Both the position numbers and the translations under genes were made by a program. The notes beneath the pieces are model-generated. The model worked only from the letters and a program-made list of their open reading frames with translations, did no database searches and was not told the origin of the DNA. From positions 204,719-268,718 of the forward strand of contig MFNK01000003.1 in the NCBI GenBank assembly GCA_001782045.1: 64,000 nt of DNA, read 5' to 3'. Shown piece after piece: positions 39,301 to 48,430 of this stretch (the first letter of the stretch is position 1; each line of letters begins with the position of its first letter). The stretch comes from Candidatus Levybacteria bacterium RIFCSPHIGHO2_01_FULL_36_15b. Lineage in GTDB: Bacteria > Patescibacteriota > Microgenomatia > Levybacterales > UBA12049.

Positions 39301-40629
39301 TGTTTTATTCCTTATTTTGTCCCAAAAATCTCCTCTTCTACAAAGTTTTTCAATATCCTTTTTATCCTTAAGTAAAAGCTCGACAGCTCTTTCCAAGAAT
39401 AAGGTATTTTGCGAACCTTTAACAAGCACCATGTCTTTCGGAATTAATTGCTCTAAAATGGTTGTCTTGCTCTGGGTAAAATTTAAAAACGAAAAAACAG
39501 GAAAATCGTTTTTTTTAAGAATTGGCTCTGCATACTTTTGCATTAAAGGTCCTATTAAAATAACTATATCTAGAGTTTTTAATATTTTCCTTGCTACCTC
39601 TTCATGAAGAGCCTTACTCATACTCCCAAGCTCACGCATATCACCTATTATCCCAACTCTTCTCCTTTGTTTTCCAATTTCATGGACAAAATCTAGTAAA
39701 TCAAGAATGGGCGAAAGAGTAGCGTTGTTATAAGAAGAATCTATAATAACCGTGTCTTTAATTCCTTTAAATACGCTCATTCTGCCGGCAGGCAGAGAAA
39801 AATCGTTTTCCAAAGCTTTTATAGAGGTTTCTATTTCATTTATTTTTGTACTTGATGCTGCAATTGCAAGTACAAAAGAATAAGCGAAATGTCTGGGAAG
39901 TGGATTTTGAATCTCAATCTTGTATTTTTTTCCCTTGTATGTAAAAAGGGTTTGAAATTTATCAATATAGTTTTGTATTTGTTCAATAAAGAAATCAGCT
40001 GAAGAATCTCTTGAGGAAACAGTAAGTTTTTTGGCCAATATGGAAGAGGCTAAATCTTTAATGTTTTCATCGTCAATATTAAGCACCGCTGTGCTTTTTT
40101 CTGATAAAGAAGTAAGGAGCAATCCTTCTTGCTCTTTGGTAAGCTCAAGTATGTCTTTTTCTCTCTCTTTCTGATCAAGTTCTTCAACTAATGGATCAAA
40201 ATAAAGACTGTGTTCATAAGATATGTTAGTTAAAACACCTACATTAGGCTTAATTATCCTTAACAAATAACTCATGTTTTTGGGAGGAAGAGGACTATCT
40301 ATACCCATTTCCGCTACATAAACCTCAAATTTCTTCCAATTAAATACAAACTGTAGTGGTGCCAAAACGATAATTTTTGCCCATTCCAGTTTTGAATACC
40401 CCTTAACTGTAATCCCTAAAATATCTAATGGTATTCCTGTTTCGCTATTTTTACCCTTTCCTTGCTTGGTTTTAAATTTATTTTTAAAAATAATGTATAT
40501 AAAGTTAGACAAAGAAGTTTTACCACTAGCTCCCCCAACTCCTAAAATGTAGGGATTAAACTTTTTAAGCTGAAGCTTAGCAAAAAGCCTTAAATACCAG
40601 AGCATAACGTTAACAATAGATTTTTTCAT
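39295..40629 (-). CDS. murF: MurF-type UDP-MurNAc-pentapeptide ligase
   Basis: GASGKTS, NSETGIPL, EMG, IIDSSYN, GDMRELG and LVKGSQ motifs. Confidence 0.9.
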   Translation of the reverse strand: MKKSIVNVMLWYLRLFAKLQLKKFNPYILGVGGASGKTSLSNFIYIIFKNKFKTKQGKGKNSETGIPLDILGITVKGYSKLEWAKIIVLAPLQFVFNWKKFEVYVAEMGIDSPLPPKNMSYLLRIIKPNVGVLTNISYEHSLYFDPLVEELDQKEREKDILELTKEQEGLLLTSLSEKSTAVLNIDDENIKDLASSILAKKLTVSSRDSSADFFIEQIQNYIDKFQTLFTYKGKKYKIEIQNPLPRHFAYSFVLAIAASSTKINEIETSIKALENDFSLPAGRMSVFKGIKDTVIIDSSYNNATLSPILDLLDFVHEIGKQRRRVGIIGDMRELGSMSKALHEEVARKILKTLDIVILIGPLMQKYAEPILKKNDFPVFSFLNFTQSKTTILEQLIPKDMVLVKGSQNTLFLERAVELLLKDKKDIEKLCRRGDFWDKIRNKTL

Positions 40630-40636
40630 ACTATTA

Positions 40637-40642
40637 ATTATA
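40637..40642 (-). promoter_or_regulatory. -10 box, leaderless murF
   Basis: TATAAT-N7-ATG. Confidence 0.6.
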
Positions 40643-40645
40643 CCC

Positions 40646-42328
40646 CTATTCCGAGCCAGGCGTTACTTTAAAATATGTCAAAAGAGATCTAGCTATGTCA
40701 AAAAATATTGGCGCTGCTGTTTCTGCGCCATAGATAGATGTTGTTGGCCTATCTACAATAATCAGCATAACAAATTTTGGATCTTCTGCAGGAGCAAAGC
40801 CTACGAACGAAGCTATAGTCTGATTAGGATCATAGTGGCCAGCGATAGGTATAGAAGCAGTTCCTGTCTTTCCGGCTATTCTGTAGCCCTTTAAGCGAGC
40901 CCAGGAAGCCTCTCCTTTATTAACCGCATTAACCATAATCTCAGTCATCATTTTTGCTGTTTCTGCTTTAATAGGAGAAACAAGAGGCTTGGGGGGTATG
41001 TTAACTATACTTCCATCTTCATTTTCTACAGCTCTAACAACGTGAGGCTCCATCCTTATTCCTCCGTTTGCTATAGAAGAAATTGCACTTAAAAGCTCAA
41101 TTGGAGTGATGGATATTCCCTGCCCAAAAGCTGTGGTAGCCAAATCCACTTGATACCAGCGCTCTTTGTCTTTAAGTACGCCCGAAACTTCGCCTTGTAA
41201 ATCTATGCCCGTATTCTTGCCTATACCAAATTTATCTAAATATAATATCGTTTTATCAAGCCCAAGCTTTTGAGATACAAACACCATTCCGGTGTTATCA
41301 GAATGCTGTATTGTTTCTATCATGTTTATGTTTGGATAATATTTATCATTCCATGTATGAATATCAAAACCCCCTATAGATATTGGACCGGAACATATAC
41401 TACATTTAGTTTCCGGTGTAACCACTTTTAAATCGAGCGCAGAAGACATAATTATCGGTTTAAAAGTAGAACCAGGCTCATACAGATCTGAAATAAATGT
41501 ATTTCTAAATAGCTCTTCTGTATAGCTGGCATAGTCTCTTGGATCGAACGTGGGAAACGAAGCAAGCGCAAGTATTTCTCCATTTTTGGGATTCATTACT
41601 CCCACCATCCCTCCTCTTGCTCCGTATTTTTCTATACCGTTTTTGAGTTTTTGTTCGGCCAGGAACTGAATAGCTCTATCAACCGATAAAATAAGGTTTT
41701 TCCCGTTTGAACCGCCTGTTGCTGTACTTAATTTTGCAAGAATAGGTCTGCCCAAGGCATCTTTTACCTGTGTTGCAATACCTTCTTCTCCTCGCAATAA
41801 TCTATCGTAATAGCCTTCTAAGCCAAAATATCCCTTATCAGTTCCGTTTTCATCTTTTCCTACAAACCCCAAAAGATGTGCAGCGACAGAGGCTTCGGGA
41901 TAAAATCTTTTATATTGTTCTATAAACCCGATTCCCGTAAGATTGAGATTTTCTATCTTATTTTTAGTATCAATGCCTATTCCTGATTGTATGGGTACCC
42001 AAAATTTGTCAAGGGCAAGCTGTGCAGAAACAGATGCAACGTCCAATTCTAAAAGAGACGATAGAGACCTAGCAGTTAATTCTTTATTTTTAACTTCCTT
42101 AGGATTTGCAAATATTTGGTACGAAATTTTATTTGTGGCAAGGGGAAAATTATCACTTGTTTTTATCTCTCCTCTTTTGGGAATTATTTTTATTGCTGTT
42201 CCATATTGCAGCTGACCTATAGCTGATAATTCAGAAGCTTTTATAACCTGCCAATAAAAAAGTCTTGATATAACTAAAAGGAAAATGAAAAGAAATGCAA
42301 GAAGAGAGAATTTATGCCTCCATGTCAT
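40646..42328 (-). CDS. ftsI: Class B penicillin-binding protein (FtsI-like)
   Basis: RG.I..R-like motif, RFYP, GLE, EPGSTFK (SxxK), SDN and KTGT; follows ftsL. Confidence 0.9.
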   Translation of the reverse strand: MTWRHKFSLLAFLFIFLLVISRLFYWQVIKASELSAIGQLQYGTAIKIIPKRGEIKTSDNFPLATNKISYQIFANPKEVKNKELTARSLSSLLELDVASVSAQLALDKFWVPIQSGIGIDTKNKIENLNLTGIGFIEQYKRFYPEASVAAHLLGFVGKDENGTDKGYFGLEGYYDRLLRGEEGIATQVKDALGRPILAKLSTATGGSNGKNLILSVDRAIQFLAEQKLKNGIEKYGARGGMVGVMNPKNGEILALASFPTFDPRDYASYTEELFRNTFISDLYEPGSTFKPIIMSSALDLKVVTPETKCSICSGPISIGGFDIHTWNDKYYPNINMIETIQHSDNTGMVFVSQKLGLDKTILYLDKFGIGKNTGIDLQGEVSGVLKDKERWYQVDLATTAFGQGISITPIELLSAISSIANGGIRMEPHVVRAVENEDGSIVNIPPKPLVSPIKAETAKMMTEIMVNAVNKGEASWARLKGYRIAGKTGTASIPIAGHYDPNQTIASFVGFAPAEDPKFVMLIIVDRPTTSIYGAETAAPIFFDIARSLLTYFKVTPGSE

Positions 42329-42609
42329 TGTTTAAATGCAACCGGTCTTTGTCCTGAAATTGCAAAGTTTTTTTTGTTTTCGGAAAATCCCAGTTTTTCT
42401 GCTTTTTTTGAAATTTCCGAAAGCGAGGTTTGAGTATACAGTTTTTCGGATAAAATTGCATTCTCTGTTTCAAGCTTTGCTTTTTGGATCTCAACGTCTG
42501 ATAAAATAACACCCGATGTTGCAATATTGTTAGCCACGTAAGTTCTTATTACAGATAATATTATTACTGCTAATATTAGAACCAAAATAATAAATGTTGG
42601 TTTTTTCAT
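42325..42609 (-). CDS. ftsL: FtsL-like cell division protein
   Basis: TM plus coiled coil ending in I.KKAEKLG; lies between rsmH and the PBP gene. Confidence 0.75.
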   Translation of the reverse strand: MKKPTFIILVLILAVIILSVIRTYVANNIATSGVILSDVEIQKAKLETENAILSEKLYTQTSLSEISKKAEKLGFSENKKNFAISGQRPVAFKQ

Positions 42610-43505
42610 TAATATTTTCTAAACGCCCTCAGTTTTGCACTTTTAGCTTTTGTATTTATATATAGCTCTGCCTGAGTTGCATATGTTGGTTTTTTAGTAA
42701 TAATTTCTCCAAGTCCTACTGCTTCAAATTGTTTGAATGTGTTTTTAACTATTGCGTCCTCAATTGAATGAAAGGATATAATACAAAGTACACCCCTTGA
42801 GCTAAGTAGGCTTATTGCTTGTGGCAAGGCCAGTCTAATATTTTCAATTTCGTTGTTTACTGCAATCCTTAATGCCTGAAAAATCTTTTGGCTAATTTTA
42901 TTCTTTTGAAAATCAGAAATTACACCCTTAAACCCATAGGCTTCTTTAATTGTATTAACAAGATCTTCTGTTGTTTTTATTGCATTCATACGACGGGCGC
43001 GAATAATAGCACCAGATATGGCATTTGCTCTATTTTCTTGACCAAGCTTATTAAAAATTTCATTTAATTTTTCCTTCTCTAATAAATTAACTAAATATTC
43101 CGCAGTTAAGGTCGCATCTTTATCCATTCTCATGTCTAAAGGCCCCTTCTTTAGAAAGCTAAAGCCCCTTTCGGCAGTATCGATTTGATGGCTTGATACC
43201 CCCAAATCAAAAACTATTCCGTTTATCTCATCAAACTTGTTTTTCCTAGCTATAGCCTCGATTTCAGAAAAATTTCCTTTTACAAGTTTTAATCGTGTTT
43301 CAAATCCCGAATCTAGAATTTTTTTCTTAACATACTCAATTGCCTCTTCGTCCAAATCAATTGCTAAAACTTCTCCACCCTGTTTTAGAATTTCGAAAGT
43401 ATGTCCTCCACCCCCTAGAGTCGCATCTATATATTTTCTTCCTTTTTCTACTTGCAAAAGGTCTATTACTTCATTTAAAAGAACACTTTTATGGAAATTA
43501 TCCAT
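42609..43505 (-). CDS. rsmH: 16S rRNA m4C1402 methyltransferase
   Basis: H.SVLL.E, DATLGGGGH, DLGVSS.Q, PLDMRMD, FQALRIAVN and SFHS.ED motifs. Confidence 0.97.
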   Translation of the reverse strand: MDNFHKSVLLNEVIDLLQVEKGRKYIDATLGGGGHTFEILKQGGEVLAIDLDEEAIEYVKKKILDSGFETRLKLVKGNFSEIEAIARKNKFDEINGIVFDLGVSSHQIDTAERGFSFLKKGPLDMRMDKDATLTAEYLVNLLEKEKLNEIFNKLGQENRANAISGAIIRARRMNAIKTTEDLVNTIKEAYGFKGVISDFQKNKISQKIFQALRIAVNNEIENIRLALPQAISLLSSRGVLCIISFHSIEDAIVKNTFKQFEAVGLGEIITKKPTYATQAELYINTKAKSAKLRAFRKY

Positions 43506-43938
43506 TGCCTTCTTTGTCTTTAGTTAGTCTTTTTGAAATGGCATCAATACGCTTTTCAAGTACATTTCTATACTCTAGCCATCGTTTCTTGTCCCAAATT
43601 TCAACGTACCTTGAAAGACCTATGAACACGACTTCGTCTTCAATTCTTCCAAATTCTTTAAGATAAGCTGGAAGTATAAACCTTCCTTTAGCGTCAAGTT
43701 CGACACTTGAAGCGCTCCCAAGTAAAAATCTTTGAGTTTCTCTTGTTTCGGAATGAATAAACGGTCTGCCCTCTGTACCCTCAAGTAGTGCTTTCCAGTT
43801 TTTTTCGGAAACAATAATAAGTGCGTTTTCATATCCTAGCGTTACAATTAACTTTTCTCCCAAGATTTCTCTAAATTTCTTTGGGAATGATAATCTTGCC
43901 TTAGTATCAATTTTGCTTTCATATTGTCCTAGTAACAT
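43498..43938 (-). CDS. mraZ: Transcriptional regulator MraZ
   Basis: Two D.K.R..P repeats and EIW; first gene of the dcw cluster. Confidence 0.96.
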   Translation of the reverse strand: MLLGQYESKIDTKARLSFPKKFREILGEKLIVTLGYENALIIVSEKNWKALLEGTEGRPFIHSETRETQRFLLGSASSVELDAKGRFILPAYLKEFGRIEDEVVFIGLSRYVEIWDKKRWLEYRNVLEKRIDAISKRLTKDKEGNG

Positions 43939-43952
43939 TTCCTGCCTCCTAT

Positions 43953-43977
43953 CCCACCTTTTCCCTTATTTTCCCAC
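43953..43977 (-). promoter_or_regulatory. MraZ-binding direct repeats
   Basis: GTGGG-N5-AAGGG-N5-GTGGG (10-bp period) just upstream of the mraZ SD (AGGAGG). Confidence 0.75.
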
Positions 43978-43985
43978 TTTATATC

Positions 43986-44014
43986 ATTTTGCACGGATTT
44001 TTCACAGCTGTCAA
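43986..44014 (-). promoter_or_regulatory. dcw (mraZ) promoter
   Basis: TTGACA-N17-CAAAAT; alternative TGATATAAA at 43978-43986. Confidence 0.6.
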
Positions 44015-44082
44015 CAACCAAAAGGATAAAATAGTGTTTAAGAAGTTATAAAATCACTAAATGTAGACTTTTTAAGGAGTAA

Positions 44083-44544
44083 TTATTCGAAACTGTCAAG
44101 AGAAGCTTCTGATTGGTAAGTTTTTCCGTCTTTGATTAACTTTACCACAACCTTGATTTGCGAAATATCTTTGTCAGGGTGACACACATCGGAGCATGTT
44201 CCTAGATAAATTCTTTCTTTTACGGAGTTTTTGTTAAGATTAACCTTACCTACTGCCCCCCTTGGTATTTCACCAGCCATGTACGATACTTCGTATTCCA
44301 TTTCATCTATCCCCTCTGGTTTTGCAACTAATAAGTAAACTGCATTTTCTGAAACAGCTCCTTCTAGTTCTAGTCCAATTTCCTTTGCGTCTATTGAGGA
44401 GACCTGATCTTCCTCTTGAGCAATTGGGGCATTTTGTATAGGAGCTGAGCCCTTAAGAAGGAAGAATGAGCCAACAAGAATAAATATAACCAAAACAACG
44501 GCAGCTATCAAGAAATTTCTGCTTTTGAGTAGATCTTTGTTCAT
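44083..44544 (-). CDS. Hypothetical single-TM extracytoplasmic protein with a GTCS..C motif
   Basis: N-terminal TM, beta-rich domain and a Cys pair; has its own promoter. Confidence 0.75.
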   Translation of the reverse strand: MNKDLLKSRNFLIAAVVLVIFILVGSFFLLKGSAPIQNAPIAQEEDQVSSIDAKEIGLELEGAVSENAVYLLVAKPEGIDEMEYEVSYMAGEIPRGAVGKVNLNKNSVKERIYLGTCSDVCHPDKDISQIKVVVKLIKDGKTYQSEASLDSFE

Positions 44545-44551
44545 TTAGATT

Positions 44552-44580
44552 AGCATATGAGAAATATTTTTTGATGTCAA
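44552..44580 (-). promoter_or_regulatory. Sigma70 promoter, leaderless
   Basis: TTGACA-N17-TATGCT-N7-ATG. Confidence 0.7.
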
Positions 44581-44585
44581 GTAGG

Positions 44586-45872
44586 TTACTGAAGTTTATT
44601 AAGAAAATGCTCAAAAAGCTCTTCAATTTTTACTCTTTTCTGCTTTGCAGTATCTCTATCGCGAACCGTAACAGTACCATCTTCTAAACTCTGAAAATCT
44701 ACTGTAACACACCATGGTGTTCCGGCTTCGTCTTGTGAAAGATAGCGCTTTCCAATATTCCCTCTGTCATCCCACGCTGTCATAAAATGTGGCTTTAAAT
44801 CATCATAAATTTTTCGAGCTTTTGAAACCAGATCTTCTTTATTTGCCAAAAGCGGAAATACTGCCACTTTTATGGGAGCAAGCTTAGGATGCAACTTCAG
44901 TAGTGTTCTATTGTCAATTTTTGAATATGAATCAAGTAAAAAGAAAAGCAGCGATCTATCTACTCCTCCAGAGGTTTCAATTACCCACGGAGTAAATTTA
45001 ACACCATTTTCCCCAATATAATTCAAGCTATGCGCAGAAAGGTCATAGTCGCCTCTGTGGTGTATCCCTTCAAATTCGCTCCAACCAAACGGAGCATTGT
45101 ATTCTATATCTTCTGCATATTTTGCATAATGAGCTCTTTCAGTATCTTCATGTTTTCTGAAACGTAAATTATCTTTATTTATTCCCAAAGATTGGTACCA
45201 TTTCATTCTTTGCTCTTTCCAGTATTCAAACCATTTATTGCCTTCTTTGTCGTTATTTTCTATAAAAAATTCAAGCTCCATTTGCTCAAATTCACGACTC
45301 CGATATGTAAAATTTCCCGGAGTTATTTCGTTTCTAAAGGCTTTACCAATTTGCGCTATACCGAATGGAATCTTAACTCTTGTCGAACTTACAACGTTTT
45401 CAAAATTAACAAAAGCTCCTTGGGTAATTTCCCCACGCAAATATACTTCTGATTGTTCACCCTCTAAAACACCAAGATAAGCCTTAACTAAAAGATTAAA
45501 ATTTTTAGGCTCTGTCCATTCCACTTTTTTTCCTTTATGAAATTCTTCGTGAGACTTAATTTCCTGTCTTTTATCGGCTCTAAATCTTTCATGACAAATC
45601 TTACACTCAACTAAAGGATCTGTAAAAGCTTTTAGGTGACCTGATTTTTCCCAAACGGTTGAGTTCATCATTACTGCAGCATCTACGCCAACGACATCGT
45701 CGCGCAGTTCTACCATAGACTTCCACCACTCTTGTTTAATATTTCTTTTAAGTAAAACTCCTAAGGGTCCATAATCCCATGTCCCCGTTAAGCCCCCATA
45801 AATTTCACTTCCCGGAAAAATAAAACCGCGTCTTTTACAGAGCGCGACTAAGCTTTGCATTTTGTCTTCCAT
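44586..45872 (-). CDS. glyQS: Glycine--tRNA ligase (alpha2 type)
   Basis: KRRGF..GSEIYGG...WDYGPLG, FRNEITP, REFEQMELE, IETSGGVDR and IGKRY..QDE.GTP motifs. Confidence 0.96.
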   Translation of the reverse strand: MEDKMQSLVALCKRRGFIFPGSEIYGGLTGTWDYGPLGVLLKRNIKQEWWKSMVELRDDVVGVDAAVMMNSTVWEKSGHLKAFTDPLVECKICHERFRADKRQEIKSHEEFHKGKKVEWTEPKNFNLLVKAYLGVLEGEQSEVYLRGEITQGAFVNFENVVSSTRVKIPFGIAQIGKAFRNEITPGNFTYRSREFEQMELEFFIENNDKEGNKWFEYWKEQRMKWYQSLGINKDNLRFRKHEDTERAHYAKYAEDIEYNAPFGWSEFEGIHHRGDYDLSAHSLNYIGENGVKFTPWVIETSGGVDRSLLFFLLDSYSKIDNRTLLKLHPKLAPIKVAVFPLLANKEDLVSKARKIYDDLKPHFMTAWDDRGNIGKRYLSQDEAGTPWCVTVDFQSLEDGTVTVRDRDTAKQKRVKIEELFEHFLNKLQ

Positions 45873-45878
45873 AGGGTT

Positions 45879-45887
45879 ATTGTATCA
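45879..45887 (-). promoter_or_regulatory. Extended -10 promoter, leaderless glyQS (the TGn is the recO stop codon)
   Basis: TGATACAAT-N6-ATG. Confidence 0.55.
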
Positions 45888-46421
45888 AAAAGAGGAAATA
45901 ACTTCTTTCGCTTTTAGCTTTCTTTCCAAAATACTTTCTATAAATCTATGCGTATTAAAATCTAAATCTTGCTCTATACTTGAAAATCCAAGAAGCTTTA
46001 AGAGACTTATTTCAAAATGATTTACTACAATTTTTGGATCTTTCCCCTTTTCAATATCCAAAAGAGTAGTTTTTAAAAGTTCAAAAATCTGCTGACTTTC
46101 CTGATTTTCAGCGCACAAACTATCCACTAATTCACAAATATGATATGCATATCCTATTTTTTTAAGGTCTTTTTTTAAAATACTAAAGTTTGAAAGCGTC
46201 TCGACTTCCGAAAGAGTAAACATAGATTTTCCTTTATATATACTGAATTTGGAATAATTTAAAAGTTCTATGTGTGGAGATCTGCGGCTGGTAATTTTAC
46301 GCACGCCTTTTGCCATTAAGCTTATTTTTCCGTAGTGCTTTGAAAAAACAGTAATTATTCTGTCTGCTTCAGCAAGGCTTTTTCTTTTTAGTACAATACC
46401 TTCGGTTTTGTGCGCTCTCAT
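45885..46421 (-). CDS. recO: DNA repair protein RecO (short form, no Zn finger)
   Basis: EGIVLKR..L.EADRI.T.FS...GKI...AKGVRK..SR and FE..LL..LGF motifs. Confidence 0.9.
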   Translation of the reverse strand: MRAHKTEGIVLKRKSLAEADRIITVFSKHYGKISLMAKGVRKITSRRSPHIELLNYSKFSIYKGKSMFTLSEVETLSNFSILKKDLKKIGYAYHICELVDSLCAENQESQQIFELLKTTLLDIEKGKDPKIVVNHFEISLLKLLGFSSIEQDLDFNTHRFIESILERKLKAKEVISSF

Positions 46422-48388
46422 TATCTAACCTTAAGATTAAGCGTCTTATCAGAGGCTAGGCTAAATTCCTCTATTGTTTTGCCTCCTAGGCTTATTTTAT
46501 GTGGCTGCGCAGGTAAACCCGGCTGCTTTTGAATTAAAAGCGGTAGATTTGAATTTTCAGCTAGCTTAAAAGGGAGTTTATACGTTACAGTAAGCTTTGC
46601 AATTCCCTTTGGTCTTACTGTTAGAAAGCCTTCAAAAACCGTTTTTCCGAGCTCATCATAGGTTTTCATCTTGACTTCGCTTCCCTGAGAGTCAACCAAC
46701 GTACTGCCTTTAGGAACATATATTCTAACCCAATCTCGCAGTACTGCATTTAAACATAAGTTTCCTCTCTCCAAATTACAATCCGACGGGGGGAAGGGAT
46801 TTTTATAGTCGACTGTTAATGTTTTCGTAATTGCCCCGTCTCCTGCAACCTCATAATTTTCTGTTACTTCCTCAGATACGAACATATTGGATTTAGCTCC
46901 GCCTAAATTTGCCTGATTTATATGCAAATAGTCCCCGTCGAAATCTACTATTCGTCCAGCTGCATTAAAAGCTTCTAGACCGGCTTGAGCTTCCTTGTCG
47001 TACATATAAAATAGAATGTGCTTCTCTGACATTTGCGTTAGCATGGTTTGAAAAAGGGGACCCCAATAAAGCTTAGGGGATGAAGAAAAAGCCTTATTTA
47101 AAATTGCATACATTAGCTCTCCTATTAAATCTTTTCTTTCAGTTCTAATATACCCAACCGGCCTAGAAGAATAATCTTCAAGTTCATATATAACTTGCGG
47201 GCATCCTCCGCACCGAGAATCTTCTTTTGTAGTAAAAGTTCTTCCTGCAGCTTGTATATCGCCCAGGATATTCATTGCGGCAACCAATGCCTGCGTATCA
47301 ACCGCAATAATTCCATCTACTTCTGCTTTTGCACTCGATCTATCATAAAGCTTGGTAAAGGCATCCATAGAGACTTTAAAATCAGGCGAAAGGTTGACGT
47401 CTCTTAAATTTAGGTTTCTTACCTCTAGATACTTTTGAATAACTTCAGGCGCTACTTGTTTACCGGAAATCGTGTCATCCAAATTATAAATATCGCTTGA
47501 TCTGTCTACGTGAATTACGCCGCTATCTAGTCTAAAAATAGAATAGGCTGTCAAAAATCCTCCTGTTGGACGAAGCTCTTTATCGTTTTGGAAAAGAATC
47601 AAATACTTCTTTTCATCCGGTTCTCCTAAAAGATTTGGAAGAATTTTGATAAGGGGACGTGCGCTGTTAATAAGCGCTACGCTTTGATCTGACATTGATC
47701 TTAATTTTTCCAATCCGCTTCTTACTTTCTTACCCGGACCAATCACAGGATAGTGAGAGGGATTAACTTGGTCTATTTCTTTTTGAGCTAAAGAAAGTTT
47801 ATCTGCTATTTTATCAATATTTGGCGTGATTTTACCCATTGTTTTAATTGCAGTCTCAATTCTTTGTTCCGCAGTGCCTCCAACAAAACTTCCTTGACCT
47901 TTAAGTCCAAGTAAATCAGCATAGGGCTCTACGGAATCTAATAATATTGTTGCTCCTTCCAAGCCGTAAAATCCTGCACTAATTAAATGGTCGGCATCGT
48001 TATAGTACCAAGAAGCAATGGGAATAAATTTTAAATAGACCATTGAATGAAGACTTTTCTGCGTAAGGTTAAGTTTTTCTTTGGTTTTTGCAAGCTCATC
48101 TGAAGCAAGCGCTACGTTTTGCTTCTTAACTGCGTTAATTGCAGCTCCTGCTTGAGCATATGTAGCCTTAACGGAATTGTACAACGCTAAACTCTGAACC
48201 GTAACTAAAGTAAAAAACGCAATTAGAATAATAATTACAGCAAAAGCGATTTTGCCTTTTCTTCCTGAAAATATCTTTCTAAATTTATTTTGTGATATCA
48301 TTGAAGAATTTTGTACACTATTACTTATAACGCTTTGATCATCTTTTTGTTTTGGACTTTCAAAATTAATTTTTTCAATTGTTTCCAC
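46421..48388 (-). CDS. DUF4012-domain membrane-anchored protein
   Basis: YLILFQN..ELRPTGGF, RD.NLSPDF, DGIIAVD, N.GG.K and QKQPG motifs. Confidence 0.85.
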   Translation of the reverse strand: METIEKINFESPKQKDDQSVISNSVQNSSMISQNKFRKIFSGRKGKIAFAVIIILIAFFTLVTVQSLALYNSVKATYAQAGAAINAVKKQNVALASDELAKTKEKLNLTQKSLHSMVYLKFIPIASWYYNDADHLISAGFYGLEGATILLDSVEPYADLLGLKGQGSFVGGTAEQRIETAIKTMGKITPNIDKIADKLSLAQKEIDQVNPSHYPVIGPGKKVRSGLEKLRSMSDQSVALINSARPLIKILPNLLGEPDEKKYLILFQNDKELRPTGGFLTAYSIFRLDSGVIHVDRSSDIYNLDDTISGKQVAPEVIQKYLEVRNLNLRDVNLSPDFKVSMDAFTKLYDRSSAKAEVDGIIAVDTQALVAAMNILGDIQAAGRTFTTKEDSRCGGCPQVIYELEDYSSRPVGYIRTERKDLIGELMYAILNKAFSSSPKLYWGPLFQTMLTQMSEKHILFYMYDKEAQAGLEAFNAAGRIVDFDGDYLHINQANLGGAKSNMFVSEEVTENYEVAGDGAITKTLTVDYKNPFPPSDCNLERGNLCLNAVLRDWVRIYVPKGSTLVDSQGSEVKMKTYDELGKTVFEGFLTVRPKGIAKLTVTYKLPFKLAENSNLPLLIQKQPGLPAQPHKISLGGKTIEEFSLASDKTLNLKVR

Positions 48389-48395
48389 AAATAAT

Positions 48396-48425
48396 ATGAT
48401 AGCCTGAAATGCTTAAGTGTGTCAA
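48396..48425 (-). promoter_or_regulatory. Sigma70 promoter, leaderless DUF4012 gene
   Basis: TTGACA-N18-TATCAT-N7-GTG. Confidence 0.65.
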
Positions 48426-48430
48426 CCCAA

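Noticed and set aside
42312-42524. Alternative-frame ORF overlapping ftsL
   Set aside because: The 94-aa frame has the FtsL TM/coiled-coil signature; this frame has none.
43303-43319. Weak 7-bp periodicity in rsmH (ATTCTAG ATTCGGG ATTTGAA on the minus strand)
   Set aside because: Only three degenerate units, which could arise by chance.
45783-45790. CCCCGTTA in glyQS resembling the MITE terminal repeat
   Set aside because: There is no partner inverted repeat or TSD, and it encodes conserved GlyRS residues (GLTG).
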